This document shows, in pieces, positions 17,526 to 27,900 of a stretch of 64,000 nucleotides of DNA. A program made the translations under genes and the position numbers. Source of the DNA: an uncultured Pseudomonadales bacterium (lineage in GTDB: Bacteria; Patescibacteriota; Microgenomatia; UBA1400; PJMF01); NCBI GenBank assembly GCA_964583795.1, contig CAZOWX010000003.1, forward strand, positions 23,978 through 87,977. The letters run 5' to 3'. Numbering within the stretch: the stretch's first letter is position 1; every line of letters starts with the position of its first letter. The notes beneath the pieces were generated by a model. The model worked only from the letters and a program-made list of their open reading frames with translations, had not been told where the DNA came from and made no database searches.

Positions 17526-19358
17526 ATGCAAAGCAGCGAACACAGCTCCCAGCATCACTCAGTAACCTCACAAGCCAGAACATTTTTTCATCACGTGTCT
17601 AAGCACCCCTCCCGATTTATGCCCATAGTGGTTATGGTGGCTTTGGTCAGCTCAGTGGTGATGGGAGTTCTGACCTTGGCTGGAACAAAAAATTACGATC
17701 TAAGAAGTCAAGCAGCATACCCATTGTATCAAGCCTGTGTTGTTAACAGTGACTGTCAAAGTAATGTCTGTCGCACTTGTCGTGCTGGTGAAGTGTGTCC
17801 TGATGTGATTGGAAAGTTTTGTTTCTCACCAGATCCCACCAAGATTGTTTCGACAGTCACCCCAACTTGTGTGAGGTCGGGAAACCAACAGGGAACTGGA
17901 CAGTGCTGTTCAGGTGTAAGTTCAGTAACTGATAAGGCAGGTGTTCGTTGGTGTGGGGCAGCCCCGCTACCGACAAAAGTACCTGATTCGAGAAAGCAAT
18001 TATTTGTTAACCAGGGTTGCACACCAGGTGATCCTGAAAATGTTTGTCCCCCTGGAACTTTGTGCATGAACGACCCTAACAGTACTGATGGAAACATGCA
18101 AACGAAATGCATCTCTTCTGAAGGAACAAGTTCTTTGTGTAGTTATACGAGTGTTCGCGGAGAAGTATTATCAATGCAAGTTGGTGCCTATGCCACTTCG
18201 AATGATGGGAAATGTTACCATTGTGGCTTGCGTGGAGCGCCTTCAATAGTGAGTGACACTGCTTGTGTACAACCGACAGATCCACGAACAAGTTGTTACG
18301 AGCAAGGTGACGTGAAGCAATTGAGTAGCGTTCCATGTTGTGCGGGATTGGGTGTGAAGAGGACTGCAAATGGTGAGGTGTGTGATGTGGTGGACACATC
18401 AGAAGAGTGTTATGCTGCTGGAGAAAGAATGGTTGATTTTTCGATCCCGTGTTGTAATCATGAAGCGCCGGATCATAACAGTGATGGTACTATAACAATT
18501 TGTGGTCCGACTGATATTCGGCGATGTCCCTTTGTGAGTACAGATGGAAAGCTTGAATATGTTCAAGTAGGTGTTTGTCGTGGGAGTCAACGTTGTCAAG
18601 AAAACGAGCGAATGGAGACGGATGTGACCTGCGGAACGTCACCAATTGCAAAGCCGTGTTACTCTGGTCTGTTGTGTGCTGACGTTACCTTTGTGAATCG
18701 AAGTGAAAGCTGTCCAGTAGGCACATTTGACTCATATGATGCGTGTAAAAGTGAAGGGGCAAAGACTGGAAGTCCAAAGGTGCAAAGTACTACCAGTAGT
18801 TTAAACACTGAAACGACCAAAGTCGCTGCAAATGTCAGTCAAAAGTACGGCATAACTGTGGACGTTTCTCAAAACAAGACGATGCTGCCAGATACCGTGA
18901 AGACCCTCGATACCACTTTAGATAAGTTACCGCAATCATTCGTTGTTCAGGCGAAAAATATTACTTTTGTCGATGGCCAACAGAAGAGTTCAAGCAATGA
19001 TTTAAAGGGAAATATTGTGGTGAGTTGTGATCCCACGAAGGCGATTGAATGTCAAGAAAATGTGGTGCACCTCATCGCCATAGGCTCAACGGAAAAACCA
19101 GTGGTAACTTCGACCTGTAAAGATGGGTGCAGTGCTCTGGATGCGTTTCACAAAGTGATAACTGCAAATAAACTGTTATCAGTGAACTCGCAAGGAGTGA
19201 TTGACCCTACGAGTTCAAAACTACAGTTGCCATCAAAGTTAGCGCCAACCGAAAAAGAAGCGTTTGCATATTATCAGGCAAAGGCGATTTTGGACCCCAA
19301 AGCACTGAGCAGTGAGTCCAGTGAGCTAGCCAAATTATTTGCAGAAATGGGAAAATAA
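17526..19358 (+). CDS. Cysteine-rich secreted or surface protein (N-terminal signal anchor)
   Basis: 610 aa. A TM helix near the N-terminus is followed by more than 45 Cys in repeated C-x-C / CC contexts, consistent with a disulfide-rich extracellular domain. Confidence 0.6.
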   Translation: MQSSEHSSQHHSVTSQARTFFHHVSKHPSRFMPIVVMVALVSSVVMGVLTLAGTKNYDLRSQAAYPLYQACVVNSDCQSNVCRTCRAGEVCPDVIGKFCFSPDPTKIVSTVTPTCVRSGNQQGTGQCCSGVSSVTDKAGVRWCGAAPLPTKVPDSRKQLFVNQGCTPGDPENVCPPGTLCMNDPNSTDGNMQTKCISSEGTSSLCSYTSVRGEVLSMQVGAYATSNDGKCYHCGLRGAPSIVSDTACVQPTDPRTSCYEQGDVKQLSSVPCCAGLGVKRTANGEVCDVVDTSEECYAAGERMVDFSIPCCNHEAPDHNSDGTITICGPTDIRRCPFVSTDGKLEYVQVGVCRGSQRCQENERMETDVTCGTSPIAKPCYSGLLCADVTFVNRSESCPVGTFDSYDACKSEGAKTGSPKVQSTTSSLNTETTKVAANVSQKYGITVDVSQNKTMLPDTVKTLDTTLDKLPQSFVVQAKNITFVDGQQKSSSNDLKGNIVVSCDPTKAIECQENVVHLIAIGSTEKPVVTSTCKDGCSALDAFHKVITANKLLSVNSQGVIDPTSSKLQLPSKLAPTEKEAFAYYQAKAILDPKALSSESSELAKLFAEMGK

Positions 19359-19367
19359 GGAAAAGCA

Positions 19368-20027
19368 ATGATTAGTGAACTCTTTGTACTACCATTACGA
19401 TCGAGTGTTGAACAAGTGCAAGCCCAGTTAGGTCTGCCGTTGCAAACCACTAGTGAAAATGGAGAAGATATCCTATGGTATGAGTCAGTTGTTCCAGACT
19501 ATGCCACGCACTACTTTATCCAGGCTGGGAGACTCGAGAGAATAGCGGTAAATACCAACAAGCGACAGCTGACGGTTGCAGACATTGAGGCAGAACTTGG
19601 AAAACCTGCTTGGGCAGTACGACGTTTTGCTGCAGTTGATGATTCTTTAGAACAAGTGATCATGGTATGGCCACAACAAGGGTACAGTGTTGTTGCGACT
19701 ACCATGGGCCAGCAGAGTGCAAAAGTGATTCGAGTTGAGCAGTTTAAGGCTAGGAGTCTAGCGGAATACAAGAGTAATTTGGGAATGCAGTACGCTGGTC
19801 ATGAAGAGATCGCAATGCTTAGCGAAGAACAGCAAGAGCCAAGTGCGAATGTGACAACTGCAATTATTGCGCCATCAGTCCCCAAACAAGCCAAGTCGAC
19901 TGTTGTAAGTTTTGATATTGCAATCTTGCTGATCATTTTAGTTGCGATTGTTGGGGCAGGTATGGCGATGTATCTGTCAACGAAGAAAAAGCCAGTTGAG
20001 AAGCAACAACCTCCTGAAGTAAGTTAA
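19368..20027 (+). CDS. hypothetical protein with a C-terminal TM anchor
   Basis: 219 aa with a hydrophobic helix near the C-terminus, followed by KKKPVEKQQPPEVS. Confidence 0.5.
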   Translation: MISELFVLPLRSSVEQVQAQLGLPLQTTSENGEDILWYESVVPDYATHYFIQAGRLERIAVNTNKRQLTVADIEAELGKPAWAVRRFAAVDDSLEQVIMVWPQQGYSVVATTMGQQSAKVIRVEQFKARSLAEYKSNLGMQYAGHEEIAMLSEEQQEPSANVTTAIIAPSVPKQAKSTVVSFDIAILLIILVAIVGAGMAMYLSTKKKPVEKQQPPEVS

Positions 20028-20170
20028 ACAAACTTCTTTCTTAGCGACTCCGTATCGCTACTCTCATCTTTTACTTGAAATTTCTTTTATACTTCTTCTG
20101 AGTCTTTTCCAAAAAGTGGAGCAAAAATTATTTGAAAAGCTGAACCTGAAATAAAGTTAGAGATTATTTT

Positions 20171-22717
20171 TTGGCCCTATATACCATATACGATATACCA
20201 ACTACAGTCTCTCAATGGTACGATAGACAGATTATGAACAGCGGTCTCAACTCCAAGCAAGTGCAAGAAAAACTTGAAAAATATGGGTACAACGTTTTAG
20301 CAAAAAAACGATCGTTTTCGGTTTTTTCACTGCTGATTTCTCAGTTTCGCTCACCACTAATTTACATTTTACTGATAGCTGCCAGTATTACCTTTTTCTT
20401 ACATGAGTATGTAGACATGTCGGTGATTATATTGGCGGTAGCAGTGAATGCCGCGCTTGGATTTATTCAAGAATATAAAGCTCAAAATGCGCTTGAAGCA
20501 TTATCAAAAGTGTTGCCTCGAACGGTGAGTGTGGTTCGTGATGGTCGGTTAACAATTATTCCCGTAGAGGAAGTTGTGCCGCTTGATATTATTCATGTTG
20601 AGACAGGAGAGCAAATTTCCGCAGATGGTGTGATACTCCACAGTAAATCTCTGAGTATTAACGAGGCAGTGCTCACCGGAGAAAGTATTGCGGTTGAAAA
20701 AAAAGCAATAGCACCAGACCACAGTGTTGAAGTGATCCCGACGACTGATGATGAAAAAGCGGTACATTTTGGATATATGGGAACGACTGTTCATTCAGGG
20801 CGGGCCGTAATCCAAATCATGGCGACAGGAGCAGACACAGCTTTGGGCAAAATCTCTACGAGTTTGCAATCAACTCCCGAAATTGAAACTCCGCTGCAAC
20901 AGAAATTGCGACTGTTTAGTCGCAAATTAACCATAGTGGTTCTCGTTGCCTCTGGGTTTATTTTTGTGTTTGGGATGCTTTATGGTAGAGCTTTATCCGA
21001 GATGTTTACCCTTTCTGTAGCGGTAGCAGTCTCATCAATTCCTGAAGGATTAGTCATTTCACTGACCGCAATTTTGGCTATCGGCATGCAACGAATTTTG
21101 AAACGCAAAGCATTAGTCAGAAAATTGGTGGCAGCAGAGACATTGGGAAGTGTCAGCGTGATTTGTACAGATAAAACGGGGACACTGACAAAAGGGGCGC
21201 TGAGTGTTTTTCATATTGAATCAGACGACAAGCCACTGATGCACTCCATCGCGCGCAGCGTAACCGATGGCAGCGATCCATTGGAAATTGCCATCCGTGA
21301 TTGGGCCAGTGAGCACGCGATGCACCTGAAAGAACCCTATTTGATCGATGAAGAGCCATTTAGTAGTGAGCGCAAATACTCGGTGCGTCTGACCGATCAG
21401 CGATTGATTGTCTTGGGTGCGCCAGAAGTGTTACTGTCCTTATGTAAAAAAGCAGATCACTCAGAAATTCATGAGGCAATAAAAGTATTTACTTCTCAAG
21501 GTTACCGTGTGGTTGGTGCAGCAACACGCCAAACAAAAAAAGACGAAACCGCAATTGTGCTCAATCAACTGTCCGATTTAGAGTGGGCGGGGTGTTTTGT
21601 GTTTCAAGACGAAGTGCGTGGCGGATTAACTGAAGTGTTTCATCTAGCTAGACAAGCAGGGATTGCTGTGAAAGTCATCACCGGTGATTATGCAGAAACA
21701 GCCAAGTCGGTGATGAAAGACTTGAAACTCGAAGTGAAACCCAGTGAAGTGATGCTTGGCAGTGATTTGAAGGTGATGTCACGAGCTCAACTGAAACAGC
21801 GTATCCCTGAGACAAAATTGTTTGCGCGAACGACACCCGACCAAAAGCTGGTGATTGTGGAAATATTGCAGGAGCTGGGGGAAGTTGTGGCTATGACTGG
21901 AGATGGAGTAAACGATTCGCCAGCCTTGAAACGAGCCGATATTGGTATTGTGGTGAGTAGCGCGTCTGATGTGAGTAAAGATACCGCTGATATAGTCTTG
22001 CTCGACGATAACTTTGGGACAATTGTAGCCGCCGTGGAAGAGGGACGGGGTATTTTTGAGAACTTACGCAAAGTGATTTTATACTTATTATCGGATTCAT
22101 TCACGGAAATCATCTTGGTGATGGGTGGAGTGATTTTGGGATTACCGCTGCCGATTAGTGCTGCCCAAATTTTGTGGGTGAACTTGATCGATGATGGTTT
22201 GCCAAATTTAGCGCTGACAATGGACCCCAATGGCAAAGAGCTGTTTTATGAAAAGCCAAGAAGACGTGGGGGATCATTGCTGGATGGAGAAATACTCACC
22301 TTGATTGCTTTGATTAGTGCCATTACTGGAGTGTTTGTGTTAGCGGCATTTTATTGGGTGTATCAGACTACAGGAAGTTTGAGTGAAGCACGAACGATTG
22401 CATTTACGCTGTTGGGTGTAGATTCGCTGCTGTACGTATTTTCCTCGAGAAGTTTACGTAACCCTATATGGCAAGAGGGTATTATGAAAAACTTGTGGCT
22501 TTTATGTGCTGTTGTCATTGGATTTATATTTCAATTGGTTGCATTGTATGTGCCGTTTTTTCAAAGATGGTTTCAAACACGACCGCTCTCAAGTTTGGAG
22601 TGGACTATTGTCTTCGCATCTTCTTTTGCACTCATTGGAGTTGTTGAGTTTGTGAAATGGTTATGGCAGCCAACACAACAGATTCGAATGCGAAAATTAC
22701 TTTCTTTATCGTCATAA
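20171..22717 (+). CDS. Cation-transporting P-type ATPase (P2-type, Ca2+/Mg2+-like)
   Basis: DKTGTLT phosphorylation motif, TGES, GDGVNDSPALKRADIGI, and 10 predicted TM helices. The true start may be MNSGLNS at 20234. Confidence 0.9.
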   Translation: MALYTIYDIPTTVSQWYDRQIMNSGLNSKQVQEKLEKYGYNVLAKKRSFSVFSLLISQFRSPLIYILLIAASITFFLHEYVDMSVIILAVAVNAALGFIQEYKAQNALEALSKVLPRTVSVVRDGRLTIIPVEEVVPLDIIHVETGEQISADGVILHSKSLSINEAVLTGESIAVEKKAIAPDHSVEVIPTTDDEKAVHFGYMGTTVHSGRAVIQIMATGADTALGKISTSLQSTPEIETPLQQKLRLFSRKLTIVVLVASGFIFVFGMLYGRALSEMFTLSVAVAVSSIPEGLVISLTAILAIGMQRILKRKALVRKLVAAETLGSVSVICTDKTGTLTKGALSVFHIESDDKPLMHSIARSVTDGSDPLEIAIRDWASEHAMHLKEPYLIDEEPFSSERKYSVRLTDQRLIVLGAPEVLLSLCKKADHSEIHEAIKVFTSQGYRVVGAATRQTKKDETAIVLNQLSDLEWAGCFVFQDEVRGGLTEVFHLARQAGIAVKVITGDYAETAKSVMKDLKLEVKPSEVMLGSDLKVMSRAQLKQRIPETKLFARTTPDQKLVIVEILQELGEVVAMTGDGVNDSPALKRADIGIVVSSASDVSKDTADIVLLDDNFGTIVAAVEEGRGIFENLRKVILYLLSDSFTEIILVMGGVILGLPLPISAAQILWVNLIDDGLPNLALTMDPNGKELFYEKPRRRGGSLLDGEILTLIALISAITGVFVLAAFYWVYQTTGSLSEARTIAFTLLGVDSLLYVFSSRSLRNPIWQEGIMKNLWLLCAVVIGFIFQLVALYVPFFQRWFQTRPLSSLEWTIVFASSFALIGVVEFVKWLWQPTQQIRMRKLLSLSS

Positions 22718-22736
22718 ATGGAGGTACAATTCGAGT

Positions 22737-23540
22737 ATGAGTAATCAGGTTTCAGGTTCCGGGTTTCAGGTTTCAGGGGATGCAATCCAAGCGCAACCTG
22801 TTGTGAATGGTGATGTAACAGTCAGTAGTCAGTTGTCAGTTGTTAGTGATCCCGCTACCGCTCAAGGTAACGGAGGAGCACAGCAGACGTCAGTCGTCAG
22901 TGGACAAGGGACAATTCAACAACCTAACACCCCAACCACTCTACAATCCATCCCTGATCCAGCTGTGGATGAAGCAGTAGCACAGGCGAAAAAAGTGCAG
23001 GATTTATTTGCGAGAAATGATGCGCTAGCGGCAACTGCGCAAACACCAGTTTCAAGTGTTCCAACATCAGTTTCGCCACTTCCTTCGAATCAAGACAATC
23101 AGATCCTGAAACAAGTTCAGGATGACGGGTCTTTTGCCTCACAATCAATGACAACTGATAACACACAACAATCAGCTAGCGATCAGCCAGCACTTCAGAA
23201 TCCAATAACCAATACCCAACAACCAATACCCAGCTCTGATGATCAAAAAAGCCCGCTTGATATTTTAGAAGAAATCCTGCGCAAAGAAGAAAAAAAACAA
23301 GCTGAAAAAGAAGCGGTTGTATCGCAAGAGGAAACTGAGAATCAAAAGCAACTTGAAGCACAGCAAGAAGCAGAAAATCAGGCATTGATTGAAGAAGCAC
23401 GAAAAAAAATGATTCAAGAAACCGCCACAGAAGAACAGAAACAACGAGACGCCATTCGTCAACAACAAATTGATGCGAATAAAGTACATAATCCGTACGA
23501 GATTCGGCAGTTGGAACATGTGAAGAGGGGGCAGGGGTAG
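22737..23540 (+). CDS. low-complexity Q/S/T-rich protein with a K/E-rich coiled-coil C-terminus
   Basis: The first codons are encoded by TCAGGT-type repeats, so the real start is uncertain. Confidence 0.35.
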   Translation: MSNQVSGSGFQVSGDAIQAQPVVNGDVTVSSQLSVVSDPATAQGNGGAQQTSVVSGQGTIQQPNTPTTLQSIPDPAVDEAVAQAKKVQDLFARNDALAATAQTPVSSVPTSVSPLPSNQDNQILKQVQDDGSFASQSMTTDNTQQSASDQPALQNPITNTQQPIPSSDDQKSPLDILEEILRKEEKKQAEKEAVVSQEETENQKQLEAQQEAENQALIEEARKKMIQETATEEQKQRDAIRQQQIDANKVHNPYEIRQLEHVKRGQG

Positions 23541-23791
23541 TGGATTATCGATGATAGATTATAGAGTGTTTACCCGGCCAACTTTTCTGGCCAACAGGCA
23601 AAAAAAGTTTGACAGGTGGAAAGTAGATTTAGTGATTGGCGACTAGCTATTAGTGGTTGACATGATGAAGATGAATTAAGTAGCAACTGGAAGAGGTTGT
23701 TGGGTGATTGGGTTGTTGTGTTGTTGGAAAACTTTTTATCTGGTCATAACAACACAACTACACAACAACCTAACAACATATCCATATCAAT

Positions 23792-24400
23792 ATGCAAAAA
23801 GCTCCCCCTGGCAGCATGCCCGGAATGGTCCCACCAGATGTCAAATCGATGATGGAGCAAGGTTTCGCGCAGCAAGCGGTCAAGCAAAAAACTAATATTA
23901 CTCAAGCCCCGTCATCAAGTGGACCTGGTGTTGCGGCCCAAGCTGGTTTAACTGCATCACAAGCCAATAAGCCTGGTGCTCCACAAGGGTTCCAACATCA
24001 GCACACTCCCAGAGGTATGGGGACGCCCACAGAAGAGGCCAAGATGGCCGTGAGTGATGTGGCTGAAGGATTACTTTCAATTCCGCAGAGCATCCTTGAC
24101 ATGTTAGGATTGGGACGTCCTGCGAAAGATCCTCAAGAGCAAGCTGAACTAAAGACATTTCACGAACGTCACAAGGCACTTGATGATCAGCAGAAGCGGG
24201 TGTTTGATCAGCGAATGGAGGCTGAAAAACAGAAAAAAGAGGCTGATGAAGAAATGAAAAAGCAAAAAGAGTTGCAAAAGAAAAAAATGGAAGAGCAACA
24301 AAATAGTCAAAACTTTATTCCTCACGGGAAAGTCAGTGGCCAGGCAGCACTACAAAAGATGCAACAGGATCGAAAAGGGATGGGTGGGGCATCAGGTTAG
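23792..24400 (+). CDS. low-complexity / coiled-coil hypothetical protein
   Basis: 202 aa with a G/P/Q-rich N-terminus and a KEQ-rich C-terminus resembling the preceding ORF. Confidence 0.4.
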   Translation: MQKAPPGSMPGMVPPDVKSMMEQGFAQQAVKQKTNITQAPSSSGPGVAAQAGLTASQANKPGAPQGFQHQHTPRGMGTPTEEAKMAVSDVAEGLLSIPQSILDMLGLGRPAKDPQEQAELKTFHERHKALDDQQKRVFDQRMEAEKQKKEADEEMKKQKELQKKKMEEQQNSQNFIPHGKVSGQAALQKMQQDRKGMGGASG

Positions 24401-24576
24401 GGTTCAGGCCATAGGGGTTAGGGCTTGGGTCTAGGAAGTCGTCAGGTGTCTGGCATCAGGCATATAGAAAGGTGAGTTGGTAGTTTATCGTTACTAGTTT
24501 GTAGTGATGATACTTTGTAATGTTGGAGAATTATTAAGGAAAGAAAACTGAATCGTAAGCAGAAAACATAAAAAGA

Positions 24577-24629
24577 CGTCATCCGCTGCAGTCTAGCGAG
24601 CCAGACAGATTCAGGATCTCAAGTCAGAG
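24577..24629 (+). repeat. Hairpin MITE-like repeat (CGTCATCCGCTGCAGTCTAGCGAGCCAGACAGATTCAGGATCTCAAGTCAGAG)
   Basis: Related to the copies at 6408 and 55436. Confidence 0.55.
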
Positions 24630-24693
24630 TTGTCTGTCAGTGTTTTTCAAAAGAGTGTGAACTACTTACACACTTCTACTTATCAGGAGCCGT

Positions 24694-25419
24694 ATGAAAA
24701 ATGTATTAATTACAGGTGCCATGAGAGGCATTGGCTTGTCGGTATTACAAACTTTACATGATGAAGGGTATGCGATTACAGCAATCTATAATGCGAGTGA
24801 AGAAAGCGCAACCTTGGTATTAAAACAGTTTCCAAACGTGGAAGGGTACAAAGTTGATTTGTCCAAAAGGAACGAGATTGAGTCTTTTGTAAAAAAACTG
24901 GCAGACAAGGCACTCTATGCCATTATCAATGTTGCAGGAGTGGCTATGGATGATTCTGTTGCGAATTTTGACATGGACAAATGGGATAAAACCATCGCAA
25001 TTAACTTAACTGCTCCGGTCCTTTTTTCTACGAAACTCAGATCAAATTTGGAAGAAGGCGGGGCAATTGTGAATGTTGCCAGCATTTTTGGAGCAGTGTA
25101 TGGCATGAATATGAGTCTTTCATATGGTGCTTCAAAGGCAGCCTTGATCAACTTAACAAAATCACTGTCATATCAACTCAGACAAAAAAAAGTTCGTGTC
25201 AATGCTATTGCTCCTAGTATTGTGGATACAGACATGACGTCCCTTGATACAAAAGAGATGTTGGATGAGGTTTCTAGAAGGTCAGGTATCGGTAGAATTG
25301 CTCAACCTGAAGAAATTGCTAGTATTGTCAGCTTTTTGATTTCAAAAAAAGCAAGTTACATTAATGGGCAGACGATTATCGCTGATGGTGGATACAGTGC
25401 GTGGGATGGGATTTATTAG
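24694..25419 (+). CDS. SDR-family oxidoreductase (FabG-like)
   Basis: TGAMRGIG nucleotide-binding motif, NVAG, catalytic YGASK. Confidence 0.85.
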   Translation: MKNVLITGAMRGIGLSVLQTLHDEGYAITAIYNASEESATLVLKQFPNVEGYKVDLSKRNEIESFVKKLADKALYAIINVAGVAMDDSVANFDMDKWDKTIAINLTAPVLFSTKLRSNLEEGGAIVNVASIFGAVYGMNMSLSYGASKAALINLTKSLSYQLRQKKVRVNAIAPSIVDTDMTSLDTKEMLDEVSRRSGIGRIAQPEEIASIVSFLISKKASYINGQTIIADGGYSAWDGIY

Positions 25420-25467
25420 CACGATAAGAACCATGAGTCTGAAAATTCAATTTGATAAAATATCTCC

Positions 25468-25956
25468 ATGAAAAAATCAAGCGCAACCGTTTATCTGATT
25501 TGCGGATTCATCGGTGCAGGAAAAACGACTTTTGCCAAAAAACTTGAGCAGAAGACAGGAGCAGTGCGAATAACCAAAGACGAGTGGTTAATTTCTTTGT
25601 TTGGTCATGATCCAACAATTGAGCATTTTGAAATGTATGATAATACTATTTGCAGATTGGCGAATGACATTGCTTTTGAATTTATAAAAAGGGGCGTTGA
25701 TGTCATTATCGATGATGGTTTTTGGATCCGAAAACAAAGAGATGAGATGCGAGAGAAGATCAAACATGTTGGTGGAAAGGTGATTTTGTATTATCTTCCA
25801 ACACCCATGGAAGCCATGAAAAAACGTGTCGTAAACAGAAATCAACGACTTTCTAAAGACTCTTTTGAAATAAGTGAAGTACTTTTTGAAAAATATCAAC
25901 AGTATTGGGAACCACCACAGGCTGATGAGGAGTTTATCTTGGCTGAGCTGGTGTAA
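25468..25956 (+). CDS. P-loop NTPase / predicted kinase (AAA_33-like)
   Basis: Walker A GFIGAGKTT. Small size, 162 aa. Confidence 0.65.
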   Translation: MKKSSATVYLICGFIGAGKTTFAKKLEQKTGAVRITKDEWLISLFGHDPTIEHFEMYDNTICRLANDIAFEFIKRGVDVIIDDGFWIRKQRDEMREKIKHVGGKVILYYLPTPMEAMKKRVVNRNQRLSKDSFEISEVLFEKYQQYWEPPQADEEFILAELV

Positions 25957-26073
25957 ACCTAAGATTCGATTTTGTTTTCATTTGACAATCACTTCCTACC
26001 TGCTATCATTCAACTCATGTTCTTAAATATAGTTTCCTGTTGTCACTTCAAGCGTTAATAAACCTCTTGGAGT

Positions 26074-26370
26074 TTGTGTGTTAATCCGTCCAAGAGACGG
26101 ATTTTTTTATTATTTAGATTAATGAGGGAGCTCGTTATGGAATTAGGAATTGCGACAGAAATAGCATTGCGCTATGCAAGTATGGTGCTTGGTATGAAGC
26201 AAAGTGAAGGTTCACCTTATACTGATCCCAACTTTTGGACATTCCATGATTTAGTTCAAGTAATACCGCAAGCACACCTAGAATTGATCTCACAAATACA
26301 TAGACATGTGCCCCATGCAATAGCATCGGGAGAGATTCTTGCATCTCGGATGGCAAGACTGGAAACCTAA
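26074..26370 (+). CDS. hypothetical small protein
   Basis: 98-aa ORF. The start may be downstream at MRELV or MELGI. Confidence 0.3.
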   Translation: MCVNPSKRRIFLLFRLMRELVMELGIATEIALRYASMVLGMKQSEGSPYTDPNFWTFHDLVQVIPQAHLELISQIHRHVPHAIASGEILASRMARLET

Positions 26371-26413
26371 TCTGTTACAATTACTGGTAATCCAGTAATA
26401 GCGATGAATTCTT

Positions 26414-27847
26414 ATGCGCCTGTTTAACACCCTCACCCGAAGCGTCGAAGAAATAGCTCCCATTGCGCCACCAGCATTGGGACTGTATGCGTGTGGTTTT
26501 ACTGTGTACGACTACACCCATCTAGGACATTTACGTAAATACACCATGGATGATGTGTTGATTCGTTCCCTTCGTCATGCTGGATTTCAACTCAAGTTTG
26601 TCCAAAATATTACTGATGTGGGGCATCTCGCATCGGATGCTGATACTGGTGAAGATAAACTGGAAAAAGGGGCCAAAAAATACAATAAAAGCGTGTGGGA
26701 TATTGCCAAAGAGTTTGAACGGTACTTTTTTTATTCGATGGATACCATGGGAAATGTGCGACCGGACGTCAGCTGCAGGGCGACCGAACATATTCCAGAG
26801 CAGATCGCTATGGTGCAAGCACTTGAGCAAAAGGGATTTACCTATGTTATTCCTGGTGATGGCGTCTACTTTGATACGTCGAAAATTGATGATTACGGTA
26901 AGCTCGCTGGTTTCGATCCCAAGATGTTACAAGAAGGGGCGAGAGTGGAAACTGTAGCCGGAAAGAAAAATCCAACCGATTTTGCCCTATGGAAGTTTGA
27001 GCGAGAAGGAGAAAACAGGGCGATGGTATGGGAAAGTCCATGGGGGAAGCGCACTTTTCCTGGTTGGCACATTGAGTGCAGTGCGATGGCAATGGAGTAT
27101 TTAGGGCAGCAGTTTGATATTCACACTGGTGGTATCGACCATATTCCAGTGCACCACACCAATGAGATTGCTCAAGCCGAAGCGGCGACAGGGAAGCAGC
27201 CTTTTGTGCGCTACTGGGTACATCACAATCATTTGATGGTTGAAGGCACCAAGATGAGTAAGAGTTTGGGCAACTTTTTTACAGTTGATGATGTGATCAA
27301 GCGAGGCTTTGATCCGATGGCCTTGCGACTGCTATTTCTTTCCACACATTATCGTTCCCAGATGAACTTCACTTGGGAAAACTTGGCTGGATCCCAGACT
27401 GCATGGAAGACTTTGAGTACAAAAATTACTCAATTTAAACACGAAACAGAGCGCTTGACGCTATCCGAAGAAAAGCTGAAGCAAATTGCTGATTATCGAG
27501 CACGATTCTTTGCCTACATTGAGGATGATTTGCGCACGCCTGAAGCGGTGGCGCTGATGTGGGAAGTGTTTAAATCAAATATTCCGAGCATTGATAAGTA
27601 TGATTTGATTGTGGAATTTGATGAAGTATTGGGGCTGGGTCTGAAAAAACTGGCTGAGACTGCTTCTCAGAGCGTCGAAGTGAATGTCAAAGATCTACCG
27701 GAGGAAGTGCAAAAGCTCTTAGAGCAACGTGAACAAGTGAGAGCTCAGAAGAATTGGAATGAGTCCGATCGCTTGCGTGATGAACTGACAAAATTGGGGT
27801 ATAAGGTGTTGGACACGGGGAGTGGGTTGAAGGTGATGAGAAATTAG
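26414..27847 (+). CDS. cysS: Cysteine--tRNA ligase
   Basis: HIGH-type motif YTHLGH and KMSKS. 477 aa. Confidence 0.95.
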   Translation: MRLFNTLTRSVEEIAPIAPPALGLYACGFTVYDYTHLGHLRKYTMDDVLIRSLRHAGFQLKFVQNITDVGHLASDADTGEDKLEKGAKKYNKSVWDIAKEFERYFFYSMDTMGNVRPDVSCRATEHIPEQIAMVQALEQKGFTYVIPGDGVYFDTSKIDDYGKLAGFDPKMLQEGARVETVAGKKNPTDFALWKFEREGENRAMVWESPWGKRTFPGWHIECSAMAMEYLGQQFDIHTGGIDHIPVHHTNEIAQAEAATGKQPFVRYWVHHNHLMVEGTKMSKSLGNFFTVDDVIKRGFDPMALRLLFLSTHYRSQMNFTWENLAGSQTAWKTLSTKITQFKHETERLTLSEEKLKQIADYRARFFAYIEDDLRTPEAVALMWEVFKSNIPSIDKYDLIVEFDEVLGLGLKKLAETASQSVEVNVKDLPEEVQKLLEQREQVRAQKNWNESDRLRDELTKLGYKVLDTGSGLKVMRN

Positions 27848-27900
27848 TCGTCAGAGGTTGGTTGTGTGCTGTCTGAGTAACAAGTTTCTGCCCCAACGCT

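Noticed and set aside
22737-22790. Annotated start of the low-complexity ORF at 22737.
   Set aside because: The first ~15 codons are encoded by TCAGGT-type tandem repeats immediately after the P-type ATPase stop, so the true start, if the gene is real, is probably downstream. It is kept as a low-confidence CDS.
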